Source: Hypanus sabinus (Eukaryota). Taken from it: DNA of 64,000 nt. Below the pieces are notes generated by a model. The model worked only from the letters and a program-made list of their open reading frames with translations, was not told the DNA's origin and did not search any database. The stretch is taken from positions 81,716,001 through 81,780,000 of the forward strand of contig NC_082707.1 of NCBI RefSeq assembly GCF_030144855.1, read 5' to 3'. The translations under genes and the position numbers were made by a program. Shown one piece after another: positions 49,771 to 62,948 of this stretch. The first letter of the stretch is position 1. Each line of letters starts with the position of its first letter.

Positions 49771-51049
49771 CATACGACCTCTGATACTCTCAGACAAAAG
49801 TAAGAAGAGTTGAAAAAATCTAAAAGAAATCAACTTCTCTAAACATTCATAGAAACTTGAGTAGTGACAAGACTAAATGCCAATGGTTATGTCATTAAAA
49901 CAAGTGTCTCAGATGTGTCATTCTGTTGATTAAAGTGAATCATGAGGAAAGGAAACAGGCCAAGGAGCTGAGTAATCACCAGAGTCTGTACTCTATCACA
50001 ATGGTGTATGACACCAAATATAATGAAAAATGCTGATATGCCTTTGTGAAAATAAGTGGAATATTGGAAGCAATATTATATCTGCATTTTCTGATGCCAC
50101 TATACCTGCGGCAAATCTCTGTAAACTGACCAGCAAAACTCTGATATGTGTAATTAGTTAGCTTGCCATATAACATAGACTTGTGCCTGTTTTCCTTTTA
50201 GCCAGAAAATAGGGCATGGCCAGAATTACAGGAGTTTTTTCAAGAACAAATGCATACAACAACAACACTAAACTAGTCTACAAGTTAAATAAAGGAACCT
50301 TTCAAATTCTCTTTGACATATCACTTGGTTAAGGAATCTCTCAATATGGAACAATTTTTCTGCTCTGTCAATGGATAGCACTCAGTGATTTCTGGAGGTA
50401 AGAGCTCTGGTTGGTGCAGCAACTCAGCTTGCTGTGTTTCTTTTTCAACGTGAAATTACCCATTTTAGATTCACCAGCAGTTGGTGCAGAAAAGTTGCAT
50501 AAAACACCTTGAAGGATATATTTTTGTCACACTTTATGAACCATTTAAATCTGTATAATGGAATCTTTTATGATGTTCATGTGACGGAGTTGTTTGCTTG
50601 CCCTTGCGGTTATAACATATCACAAGAAGTGTAATTATATAGATCTGAATTTCCCATTCTGTATTAACCTTAGACTATCCCTGATGGCCATGTCAAGGTA
50701 GAGTAGATGCAGAGGACTTATCACACAGGATTTCACTGAAAGGTATATTCAGTGGTACAGCTGCCATTGAATATGATTCTGTTTTGTTGTTCTGGAAGTA
50801 CCTAGAAAGGTCTTGCTATCATTATTTCCTTTAGCATGATGAACAAATTTTTCTATTTAATTTTGGCACTTGACCATCATGGTGTGATCTTGCAATTTGT
50901 GCAAATCAAATATTTTGAATAAAAGGCTGCTAATTCTCATTGTTTGTGATATGCCAAACAGTGCATAAGCACAATGAAATGTTTAATCAGTAGTTTTTGG
51001 ACAGAAAATACATGGTAAAAGTTCCTTCAGCCTAAGTCCACCTATTTAC

Positions 51050-51270
51050 AGGAATACTTCACTAACACATTGTTTATTTTACCCATATTTTCTTCACCCC
51101 AGGTTCTACCATTCATCAACATAGTAGAAGTAATTTACAGTGACCAAGTAACCAACCAACCTGTGTGAGGAAACCGGAACACTCAGAGGAAACCGACATC
51201 CGAGCTCAGGGCTGAAGGCAAATCTCCAACAATATGAAGGAGCGACTCTATTAGCTACGGCACTGTGCTG
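51050..51270 (-). mobile_element. V-SINE remnant
   Basis: gtgaggaaaccggaacactcagaggaaacc is the reverse complement of the V core. Confidence 0.6.
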
Positions 51271-53355
51271 TTAGATTTAGAATTAACAATTTGTCTAACA
51301 GAGAATTTGCAATAATTGTCAACAGCAACAAGCAAAAATCACCAAAGTGTAGGTCTATAAAATCAAAGTCACCACTAAACCATTGGCCCTGCCGTTTGTA
51401 AGCTTTCTTGCAAGTTCAATTTCTCTCATTGTCTTTGGCAGTATATTCATGCTCACAGACAAATATGTTGTACTAAACAACTTACTTTCTGACCAATGGG
51501 ATCAATTATAGGCAAAGTTTAAGATGAAATTTTATTTGCAGTATTTAAATTTATTGGGTGTTATGTGTTTTAGTAAACAGATTATTTGAATTTACATGTC
51601 CAGCAGTCAATGGCAATATATAGCTTCAAGCTCAAAGGATTGAAATTTCTTTTTGGCACCTTGCAGTCAGTAGCAACTTCAAAGATGTTATCATAAAGGT
51701 ACAGACAAACCCCCAAAGTGATAGAAAGTGCTTTACAAACTGGAAATAGTGCTCTTATACAGGAATTAGTGATCTGTGTATTGCCATGACAATTACCATT
51801 TGACTAGCTTTATTTTATTGTGTGATAGCACCAAGACTAATTGGATTTGCTTTTACAACTAGTTGAGTCACTCTCTCCCCTGGACATTGTGCAGCCAGCA
51901 GTCAAACACAACTTAATCAACTGAACACAGATGAGTCAGTTTTAGTCCATTTCCATTTTATTGGTGCTTTGAGTGGCAGATGCAGAACAGCTGACTACAA
52001 AGCTGAAGAGGGAATTAGTTTGCTCCAATTGATGATTTTGCTCATTGGTAGAGTTTGCGATCTATGCAGTGGCTTGGACTGTCTTTGGATTTGATGAGAC
52101 ACTGTGACTAGGAAAAATCAAAACTTTTGAGTTCATGAATCAAGTATTAGTCTTCTTTCAAGATAAGGCTACAATCTTCAAGTCCTTGCAAACACACTTT
52201 CAACTTCATTTGAAGATCATTTCCTGCATGGTCATGTATTAGAAAATCATCATTGATCTTCAGTCTGACTTCAAGTTCTCTGAGAGCAGACTCCATTAAC
52301 AACTAAAAATTTCATTTGCTGTTTTCACTCCACCTGCTGTCAAGATTTTTTTAAATTAGTGAGCTTCTTCCCCAAGTCTGGTCTGATGTTGCAGAGAGAG
52401 GGAGAAAAAATTGTACAAACAATAAAAACAGGCAAATTGCAGTCCAAACTGTAGTTTTACAGAAGACACAAAGCCAGGCATCACTGCAGCTAGAGCAGAC
52501 TACAAGCACATTTCAGCATAGGGCCGTGGAACATCACAGAGCAGCGAGCAGTACCAGGCAGAGCTGGCTGGACCTTGCCTACAGTCCCAACACCATGACC
52601 TTTTCAATCTGCCTCGGCATTTAAATGGTCCAAACATCGGGTCATTCCTCACTCACAGACAACTTTGGGGCCCGGACTCCTCTGCCACGATTTGGCTCTT
52701 ACCTGACCCTTCCAATTCAGCCTGGCACTTAAGTAAGTCCGTCATCGGTACTTCACTCAGCCCCACGTCCTCTTGCCTCCGCCATTCCTCACCTTTGCTT
52801 CCTCCACCACCTCCTTCTGCTCCCACATCTTTTTGCCTAGCCTGATTGTTATTAATAAAGTCTTATTAATAAGGTGTTTAGTGGTATTAGTAGTTTTCTT
52901 TGTTTTGTACTTTGCAATCGATAAGTAATCGCTGGGCATCACCAGCGCTATCTTAAATCTGCATTGGCTTCAACATTTGCTGAATGATCTGATGCGTTCT
53001 GATGCATTGTTTTTGCTGGGCAACAAATTCTTATGGACAGTTGAGATTTGGTCAGAGCTCATAATATATCCCCTGGAGAGGATTCAGTTTTTTGAGAACA
53101 GTTGCTATAACCATATCTTTGATGATTGTTCTGTGCAACTGATTTTGAATGGAGTATTCTGTCACAATGCTTATTTTCACATCTCAGACAACTTGATATA
53201 TTTTCCAGGAGCTTTCTATCAAAGTTGCAATGATCCTTCAGTGAAATTAATTTTCAGCTCTTGTTCAAGATCAGAAAAATTACATTGCATCTAATTATCT
53301 CAGACATGTGCAGTGCAAATCATTTGTTTGGCTGCTGCTAGGTCACATTCCAAAT

Positions 53356-53733
53356 GCAATGAACAAAATGCTGAAGGAAACTAGATGATCAGGAAATGCC
53401 TGTGGAGTGAAATGGACAGTCAGTGTTTCAGGACGAGACTGTTCAAATGGACCAGAGGAAGGAACTAAACTCAAGACCCTTGTGGCTAAAGGGATCGGGG
53501 GTATGGAGAGAAAGTAGGTACACCGTTCTGAGTTAGATGATCAGCCATGACCATACTGAATGGCGGTGCAGGTTTGAAGGGCCGAATGGCCTACTCCTGC
53601 ACCTATTTTCTATGTTTCTATGTTTCAGCACACCAAATGTCCATTTCCCTCCACAGATGTTGCTTATCCCACTGAGTTCCTCTAGCATTTGGTACGTGGT
53701 TCCACATTCCAGCATCTACAGTCTCCTGGGTCC
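53356..53733. mobile_element. Fold-back Penelope terminal-module pair with a CR1 tail (~53475-53625, +) inserted at its centre
   Basis: Minus-strand module 53360-53455 and plus-strand module 53630-53725; flanks tca(c/g)attccaaat at 53343-53355 and 53734-53746. Confidence 0.7.
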
Positions 53734-54134
53734 TCAGATTCCAAATTTCTATTGAAATTTACAATGCCACTTTTCTAAGCAGAACAGAAGTGAATGTAGC
53801 TCAGTGTTACGTTGAATGGCACAAGGTTGGCATGACCATCACATTTCTTGCATTGACTGACTGTGTTGTTGCTGTAAAAATGGACTGCACTTTGCCATTT
53901 ATCAAGCATGTCGCTGTGTTTCAAGGTTTATGATCCAAGATTGTTTATTAGCATTCTTCAGTACGTGTGTACGTATGTACTGAAGAATGGTAAAAAACAG
54001 TTGTTTGTTACTCCAAATCTGATGCAGCATTAAAAAAAACAATAAAAGCAAAAACAATCATATCTACTGTAAATATAAAGCAATCCTATAAAACACAATA
54101 TACATTTTATTGTGAGTGTGGTCATATGGGGTTA

Positions 54135-55080
54135 ATGGATCTGTGGCTAAATTTGCCGATGATACAAAGATAGGTGGCGGAGCAGGTAGTGTTCAGGAAA
54201 CACGGAGCCTGTAGAGAGACTTAGATAGTTTAGAGGAATGGGCAAAGAGGTGGAAAATGAAATACAATGTTGAAAAGTGTATGGTCATACACATTGGTGG
54301 AAGAAATAAACAGGCAGACTATTATTTAGATGGGGAGAGAATTCAAAATGCAGAGATGCAAAGTGACTTGAGAGTCCTTGTGCAGGATACCCTAAAGCTT
54401 AACCTCCAGGTTGAGCCAGTGGTGAAGAAAGCAAATGCAATGTTGGCATTCATTTCTAGAGATGAAGAATACAAGAGCAGGGATGTGATGTTGAGGTTCT
54501 AGAAGGCACTCATGAGACAACACCTGGAGTATTGTGTGCAGTATTGGACTCCTTATTTTAGAAAGAATATACTGACATTGGAGTGGGTTCAGAGAATATT
54601 CATGAGAATGATTCCAGGAATGAAAGGGTTACTGTATGAGGAACATCTGGCAGCTCTTGTCTGTATTCCCTAGAGTTCAGGATAATGAGGGGGTATAACA
54701 TAGAAACATTTTGAATGTTAAAAGGTCTGAACAGATTAGATATGGCAAAGTTATTTCCCATGTTGGGGGATTCTAGAACAAGAGGGCATGACTTCAAGAT
54801 TGAAGGACATCTATTTAGAACAGAGATGCAGAGAAATTACTTTAGTTAGAGGGTGGCAAATCTGTGGAATTTGTTGTCATGAGCAGCGTGGAGGCCAAGT
54901 CATTGGGTGTGTTTAAGGCAGAGATGGATAGGTTCTTGATTAACCAGGGCATCAAAGGGTAATGGATGAAGGCAGGGGAGTGGGGATGACTGGGAGAACT
55001 GGATCAGCCCATGATTGATTGGTAGAGCAGAGTCAATGGGCTGAATGGCCTACTTCTGTTCCTATATCTTATGGTCTTAT
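54135..55080 (+). mobile_element. CR1 3' fragment
   Basis: KFADDTKIGG; ORF 54257-54502 (MKYNVEKCMVIHIGGRN); tail cttatggtcttat. Confidence 0.9.
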
Positions 55081-55263
55081 ATACATATAGTTAGCTTATA
55101 CATATAGACTGATTTATAAGTATCTAAGAAGACACTAGCCACAGCAGTATCTGAACACAAGGGTGACTCTAAGAGGAAATGATAATGTGACAAAGTGACT
55201 CTTGGTAAGAGGAACTCTTCTCGGTGCATGGAAACACAGTAGGACAGTGACTGTGTCAGTGGA

Positions 55264-56122
55264 TTGAATTGAATTGACTTTATTACTTATATCCTTCATA
55301 TACATGAGGAGTAAAAATCTTTGCATTACATCTCCATCTAAATGTGTAATTTATAGTAGTTTAGAATAAACAGTATGTACAACAGGACAGCCAATATAAC
55401 ATAGAAATACAATTGTATTAGCATGAATTAATCAGTCTGATGGCCTGGTGGAAAAAGCTGTCACAGAGACTGTTGGTCCTGGCTTTTATACTGCAGTACT
55501 GTTTCCCGAATGGTAGCTGCTGAAACAGTTTGTCGTTGAGGTGGCTCGGGTCCCCAATGATCCTTCGGGCCCTTTTTACACATCTGTCTTTGTAAGTGCC
55601 CTGAATAGTTGGAAGTTGACATCTACAGATATGCTGGGTGGTCCACACCACTGTCTGCAGAGTCCTGCGGTTAAGGGAGGTTTATTTCCCATACCAGGCA
55701 GTGATGCAGCCAGTCAGGAGGCTCTCAATTGTACCCCTGTAGAAAGTTCTTAGGATTTGGGGGCCCATACCAAACTTGTTCAACCGTATGAGGTGAAAGA
55801 GAAGGTTTTGTGCTTTTTTTCACCGGACAGCCCATGTATGTACAGACCATGGGAGATCCTTGGTGATGTGGATGCCGAGGAACTTAAAGCTGTTTACCCT
55901 CTCAACCCCAGATCCATTGATGACTATAGAGGTTAGCCTGTCTCCATTCCTCCTGTAATCCACAACCAGCTCCTTTGTTTTTGCGCCATTGAGGGAGAGG
56001 TTGTTTTCCTGACACCACTGTGTCAGGGTGATGACTGCTTCTCTGCAGGCTGCCTCGTTATTATTTGAGATTAGGCCAATCAATGTAGTGTTGTCAGCAA
56101 ATTTAATTAGCAGATTGGAGCA
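55264..56122 (-). mobile_element. Rex1/Babar-like LINE 3' fragment
   Basis: ORFs 55820-56083 (WCQENNLSLNGAKTKELVVDYRR..FKFLGIHI) and 55418-55651; (TTCAA)n tail. Confidence 0.88.
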
Positions 56123-56530
56123 GTTTAATTAGCAGATAGGTATGAGGTGTGGAGTGCAAGGTAGATGTGCATTAGGGGATTAGGTGTGCTGAGGGGCTGT
56201 GGAGAGGATTGGCTGGCATGGATATAGTGGTGGTGGGGAATGGTGTGTAGGTTTATAGGTGGAGATTGTAGGTTTGTGCATTACTTTGGCTGCAGGGTTA
56301 AATCATATACTGAATGTATTGATTTAGTTACAACCACAATTAGGAAGAGATCCCACCCATTGGATTAAAATCAAAATAGCCAGCACACATGCTCAATGGT
56401 TTGCAAACACTTAAAAAAAAACAACTTTTGGAATGAAACCTACAGTACTTAAATTATCTGTATCCTCATTGCCAGAGTGAACTAAAGCCAATGAGTAATT
56501 AATTAAAGAAACTCATTGCTTTGTAATTAT

Positions 56531-56660
56531 GCCAAGCAGCATCTATGGAAAAGAGTACATTCAATGCTCTGGGCTGAGACCCTTCATCCTGATGAGTTCC
56601 TCCAGCATTTTGTGTGTGTGATGCTTGGATTTCTAGCATTTTCAGATTTTCTCTTGGCTG
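56531..56660. mobile_element. 130-bp fold-back Penelope terminal-module insertion
   Basis: 9-bp TSD tgtaattat (56522-56530, 56661-56669); strand switch at cccttcatc|ctgatgag. Confidence 0.85.
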
Positions 56661-57284
56661 TGTAATTATAGCTGCTTTCTCTGTTCTGGGTCATGCTTAG
56701 AAATACACTTGGAAGTATACAAAATATTCTTAAAATGGAAAGGTACTAAGAAAACAACGTTCTATCCGTTGTGGGAAAGTGCCAGTGGAGTTTTTAAGTG
56801 TCAGTCTGTGGTATGTTATGACCATGTTGATTTGTTACGTTACATTTGTTTCATATGTGAAGTCCTATAAAGTTATGTTTTAGTGAAGGATAAGACTGCT
56901 GCAAGTTTAGCTCTAGGTTATGTCAAAATGATCAACAAAAGAACTATCCTCTTGCATTTGGCCTCTCCCTCATATCAAGTCTGCCTTTTGGCAATCAACA
57001 TGTTGCAACATTGTGTGACAACATGGCTAATACACTATTACACAGACACTGATTGATAATATTGAGGATATTGATGATAATTGAACTTATTGTTGACATT
57101 GTTCCTAAGATAATGAACATTTGACTGTTTCTGTTCCTAGCTCGGCCAGTAAGTGTTTGTACAACTGAACCTGATCCTTATCACCTAGGTAACACATTGC
57201 ATTTTTCTTAATGGGATTACACAGGCGTACCAAACAGTTATTCCTTCTAGCAGGAGCAGAGCACAATTATCACCATAAAATAGA

Positions 57285-57762
57285 GTCATGTCAGTCCTCT
57301 ACTGCCACGACAAGGCCACACCTTGTATTCCGTATGGGTACCCTCCAACCTCAATTCATGAACATCAATTTCTTGAACTTTCAGTAATTTACCCCACCCC
57401 CACCATTCTACATTCCAATTTCCATCTCTAATCTGCCAATCTCCTTCTTCTGGTTCTCTTCCCCTTTCCCTTTATTCCATGGTCTTCTTCCCTCTCCCAT
57501 CAGATTTCACCTTCTTCAGCCCTTTATCTTTTTCACCAACTTTCCAGCTCTTTACTTCATCCCTCCCCCTCTCCCTTTCCTGGTTTCACCTAACACCTAC
57601 CACCCTGTACTTCTTCCTCCCCTCCTCCCATATTCTTACTTTGACTTATCAACTTTTTGTCCAGTCCTGATGAAGGGTCTTGGCCCGAAACGTTGACTAT
57701 TTATTTTTTGCCATAGACACTGCCTGGCCTGCTGAGTTCCTCCAGGATTTTGTGTGTGTTGC
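57285..57762 (+). mobile_element. Penelope-like 3' fragment
   Basis: Homologous to 39400-39875 (atgaacatcaatttc, pyrimidine-rich UTR, terminal module). Confidence 0.8.
57663..57698 (+). ncRNA. Minimal type I hammerhead ribozyme motif (intact core)
   Basis: Stem I AGTC/GACT; core CTGATGA (57667-57673) + A; stem II GGGT-CTTG-GCCC; GAAA; palindromic stem III AACGTT; predicted cleavage after GTT (57694). Confidence 0.8.
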
Positions 57763-57774
57763 AGAGAATTGGTA

Positions 57775-58250
57775 GTAGGTCTATTGTCATATGTATTGAA
57801 GGACAGTGAAGAAATTTGTTTTGCATGTCATTCCAAAAATAAGCACATCAAGATAGGACAAAGGGAAATACATTAGAAGAATGCAGAATATAGTGTTATG
57901 GAGAAAATGCAGTGCAGGTAGACACATAATGTTTAAGGCCAAGAAAGAAATAGAGAGATCAAGATTTCATCTTTATCATACATTTAACCGATTTGTAACA
58001 ATGGCTTAGAAGCTCTTCTGGAACCTAGTGGTACATATTTTCAAGCTTTTCGATCTCCTGTCTGATGTGGTCTCATTGAGGAAGGGGAGGGCGAAGAGGA
58101 GAAATAATGACCAGGATGGGTGGGGTCCTGGACCATGTTGTCTTCTTTCCCAAGACAGAAGGAAATGTAGGCTGCCTCGGTGGAAGAGATACTGGTTCCT
58201 ATGATGGCCTGTGCAGCGTTCAAAACTCAGCAATTTCTTGCGCTCTTAGG
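57775..58250 (-). mobile_element. Rex1/Babar-like 3' fragment
   Basis: ORF 58041-58223 (NAAQAIIGT...VQDPTHPGHYF). Confidence 0.65.
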
Positions 58251-60209
58251 CAAAGCAGCTGCCATTGTGATGGTATTGGGTTTGCTGTCTGTGAAGTTCT
58301 AACCACAAGTGAAGATCTTAAGCCTTGTTCAAGATAGATATCTACAGGTACTCTCAGCAAAGGGAGGTTATGTTGTATCCACCTGCACTTCAAAAGCTAG
58401 ATCACTTCTCAGTTTAGCCTCCATGGGAAGCTTGTCTGTCAATACCGACCAGTTGTGCATTGGGTCCATCTTCCCTACTAAGGAGAATATTCTTTCCTGT
58501 AAAGAAAGTAGTTTAAACAATATACATTTTAGTTTAGTGATACACATTTAAATTTACATAGATAAAATTCTATGTAATTTTATTTAAACATTTAAAACTC
58601 ACAAAGGATTTTTTGACATATGCCAGTGATACTAAACCTGATTCTCATTCTTATCACCCCCCATCTTTCTGTCATTCTTCTTGTTATTCTTAACAATCCT
58701 GACTGCTCTCTCATATTTTGCTACTTGGTAACTTCACCTGCATGCGATTTTTTTCAGTTATATTTGTCAGGATAGGTGAATGCATTGTTTGATTAAACCC
58801 AAGATGACCTCAATATTTTCTCTGATTAAATAATGGATTAATGAGGACCCTATTGTTCACTTGCTGAAGATAAGAGGCAGAGCGAGGAATATTGGTTGGA
58901 AGTTTAACTTACTCAAAAGTAACTCTTTGACCCTTGAAAGGGTAACAGCTTTATTAGAAAGTTGAGCTTGTCAAAAAGCCCTTTCAGCCATGGAAATTAA
59001 GTGTCCATCAGACCATAACAAGGTAGAGTGCATCCAGTTAGGATATTTTCTATGAAGCATCTGTGAAATCTAGTAAGATTCAATAGGGACATGGCAAATT
59101 TCCTTAGCTTTCTGAGGAAGTCAAGACACTGCTGTACTTTTTGGCCACAACATTTGCATTATTGGATCAGGATAAGCTAGTGATGCTATTTATTCTTAGG
59201 AACTTGAAACTCGCAACCATCTTCTCCTCAGCACGATGCTTCACAATATTTACACCTTCTTTGCTTTATCACTTCATAAAACATTCCTTCACATTTATTC
59301 TTACATCTTTTTGGTTTCATATCATCAAGTCTTCAGAAGCTTAAAAACTATATATTTCACTCTTTCCTATCAATAAATGTCAGTTGCTGCAATCCTCTGT
59401 ATTACACAATAAAGCATTAAGTTTCATATTTAGATTTGTCTTCCGGGATATGGGAAACGCCAAGTGTTATATTCAATATGGACTGTGAGCTCAAGAAACA
59501 GAATTTTAACTACAATATTATCATTATAAGTATACTTTACCTTTTTGATGTTGCACCATAACCAGATAAAGAAGGTGAAGCTCATTTTAGTGACGACCAC
59601 CTAACCATTGCTCATGTAGTCAATCCTGTGGTCCTTGGAAATATCTTAACTGACATATGCCTTAATTTTTATGCTACTTGAGCTGCCTGCAAAATAACAT
59701 GTGAAGGGAAGAAGTGTCATAGTGTTAGTAAACATCAGCTGCTGTGGGAAAAAGACACAAATGTCAATCCTCAAATTCAGATATTTTCCAAACTGCAGTG
59801 AGAATACATGTGTGTCATTCCTTTCAAGGAAAGAGGTAAGAAATTTGAAGCTTTTCTAACTTTTCTGAAATTTTATTTATGTATTTATATTGAAGTGGAT
59901 TGTGCTGAAAATCCTAAACATTTTCTACACACCCAATACAATTAATTCAAAAATCTGCCCAATAATTTCCCACACTTAAACCCCACTGTAATCCCAAAAG
60001 TTCTCTATTTCCCTGCCATCTTACTAAATCTAGTTTTTTTTCCCCACAACCTACACTTTTCTAAACAAACTCCTCCGGTTCAATATATAATCTATTTGTC
60101 GCCTACATGTCTCACTGAGACTATAGTGCATTCTTCCTGCTTTTTACATTTTCATATCTTCTTACAACATGGAATGAGGACCTTTATGCTAATTATTTGT
60201 GTAATCCAA

Positions 60210-60405
60210 TCAATCCCATTCACCAATCATTATTCCTTTTACCTATTTTCTCACATGTGCCCATTAACACTCCACAATTTTCCTCCCACTTGCTTGTACA
60301 AAAGCAATTTACAACAGCTTACCAACCATCTAATGAGCACATCTTTGAGATGTGGAGTGAATGTGAGCCCACAGGGAAATCAGTATGGTTACCAGGAGAC
60401 TGTGA

Positions 60406-60436
<31 letters not shown>

Positions 60437-60500
60437 CATTTTAGGTTAAAATGAAACACAAGTCAATGAAGGTGAAAGAGAGATCTACTCCTGCCACTTT
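60210..60500 (-). mobile_element. V-SINE remnant containing an (AC)13 microsatellite (60411-60436)
   Basis: caatttacaacagcttaccaacc..cacatctttgagatgtggag; AC run seen directly. Confidence 0.55.
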
Positions 60501-62303
60501 TGTTCTAACAATTGTTTCATCACCGCACAGATCGTTCAGATACATATCAGGTGCCGGATGGTACATGGATGTTAAGCGATAGTAGAAAGCAAAGGAATGA
60601 AATGAACTGCACATATTTGTCAGAACCCAGTTCCATAGGGAGATGATCAGAAGCCAAAAGAGGCCTCAGAAACCTCATCATCTCCTCCTTTGAGGTATGC
60701 AACCCCATCAATGAATTTCCAACTACTCTGCATGTCTCTGAAACAGTGAGAGAAATACTGCTATCCCAGTTGAAAATAGTCAAAATTCTCCTTTTACAAG
60801 GAATACAATAATAATGCTTTGCATTTGCATCAGAACTGTGGGCAGTTGTGACTCATGGAGCTGGACTATACTTGAACTTCAATGAACTGAAGAAGCAGTC
60901 TGGTTGATGTTATTTGGCCAGAATCTTCATACGCACCATTCCTAAGTGCTGTACATGGACACTCCATTAAGTATATTTGTTATAAGTTTGAAATGACCAC
61001 TCTGTGCTCCTTCCACCTTCCTAAAGATTCTGATCTCCTCACTCCCGTTTTTTTTTTACCACCCACATGATCTTTTCACATACTTGTCTCGACAGAATAT
61101 TTGTACACATGGCTCCAGTTGTCACTGGAAATCATCAACAAAACCTTGCTTGCAATGAATAATGGCCTGTCCTACAATAATCATTCCCTCTTCAGAAGCC
61201 AGGCAGCATCATATCATATGTCTGATTGAACCTCATACCAGCATCTTGGAAGAAGAATGGAATAGCCGGACAGGGAATTGAACATACAATGGATAAAATG
61301 ACAATAGTTTAGTCGTTAATGTGTAATTGAATTACTTTAACTCTACATAAAGCATATAACTCACATAAGGGTGTGTACATATAAGAACTGATGAGTGACT
61401 CTTGATTACACCAAACGCTGACATCAATTGAGAGTTACTATCTTCAGTAAAGGATATTCTTCTGATCAGCAAATACCAAACAATTGGCGATGTAATATTG
61501 TACAACACCGTAAGTGACAGTACAGAGAAGCCTTGCAGAAACTGCATTAATGTTGAGTTTGGGGTATTGCTGCTTTCAGCTTCAGTCTTCTCCTTTTAAA
61601 AGTCACCTCTATCCATGCTTTAGTTGCCTGTCACATTAATGCATGCAGTTTTGTGTCAAACTGGCAAGTAACAAACACTCCTTTAAAGGGTTTTGTTTTG
61701 CTTTACATCATTATAGATGCCAAAAAGTTGCAAGCTGTTGCTTTGTTGCTGTTACAGGAATGTTGCTGAAATTTAATGTTGATTTTGCATTTACTGACTA
61801 TGTCCCAATGACTATTGATTTATATGTAATTACAGCAGTTATATCTATAAATATATTTTGGTCCTCTGGGTTTGGTTTTTATTAAAAAAAATTCATAAGA
61901 TTCTTTACCACATGACAGATCACTTTAACTATTCCATCTAGTATTTGATTAGGTATGACTTTTATAAGATATGCTTCAAACCTCCGAGGTAATTTTGTAG
62001 TTTAAGATTTAATTTTGAAAATGTAGTTTTACAGATTAAACGAGTTCAAATGGTAATTGTACTAAACTTGGTGATAATCATGATAAATTGCTGAAAAGCT
62101 AATTTAAATTCTCTCCATGTTTTCATGTTACGTCTGTGATAATTGTTGCTTTGGCTAAAGGCGACAGTTTATTTACAACATTGGCAGCATGTTTCACCTT
62201 CTGTACTGAGAATGTGGTAAATTTTATTAATGCAAACTAATGTTGTCCAAAACTGGCAACACAATATTGAGAGAACGGGGTTGATAGTCTCTGGCCCAGT
62301 AAG

Positions 62304-62948
62304 TGTAAAGGTTTCTTATGTTACTGCGTATGTTAATCAAAATGGCTTCTTTGTTTATTAAAAGTAAAAATGCTTCTTTGTTAACTGGTGAGAGAGCGCT
62401 TTTTCTCGCAGAGCACTCTCGCAGTTTGTTTGGGTTATAATTACTGATTATGAGAATTGTATTCATTTGTTAACCAGTTGGGATAGATGTTATTCTTTCT
62501 TGTGGGTCTGTGAGCTGTAGTTGTGCAGGCTTTTGGGGAGTCGGGGAGGAGATCGCGAGGAAGGTGGATGATGCTGGAGGTGTTGCTGGTTGATCACCAA
62601 GGGTGGTCCCAGACGCGCGGGTCGTGGAGGTCGGAGAAGATCGAATTGTAGACCGAAGACTTGGTGATTGAGCTCCAACAATGTGCACTAATTGACTGAA
62701 CCTTGATAAGTTCTGGTTCCTTTTCTTTCCTTTCTTTTCTTTCATATATATTGTATCGCTATTAATCACTTAGTTCTAGTAAGATTTATAAAGTGTATTC
62801 TGTAAACATACATGATGTGCGCTTGATATTGTGTGTGCGAGTTTGTATTAGTGTGCATTTTACAGCATCCACGTATACGGGAGGCACGGTTTGGCGGGTG
62901 GACGAATCTTCCCCTAGACATACACCAGCCAATCGCGTAAGTGTTACA
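62304..62948 (+). mobile_element. Young solo LTR, 645 bp
   Basis: Perfect inverted termini TGTAA...TTACA; 4-bp TSD taag (62300-62303, 62949-62952); CpG-rich relative to flanks. Orientation inferred. Confidence 0.88.

Noticed and set aside
52977-53294. 105-aa ORF in non-repeat sequence
   Set aside because: No ATG start, no recognisable domain and no convincing splice sites on either strand.
62126-62303. Alternative LTR start at tgttacg (62126)
   Set aside because: It gives no TSD; the start at 62304 gives perfect termini and a TSD.
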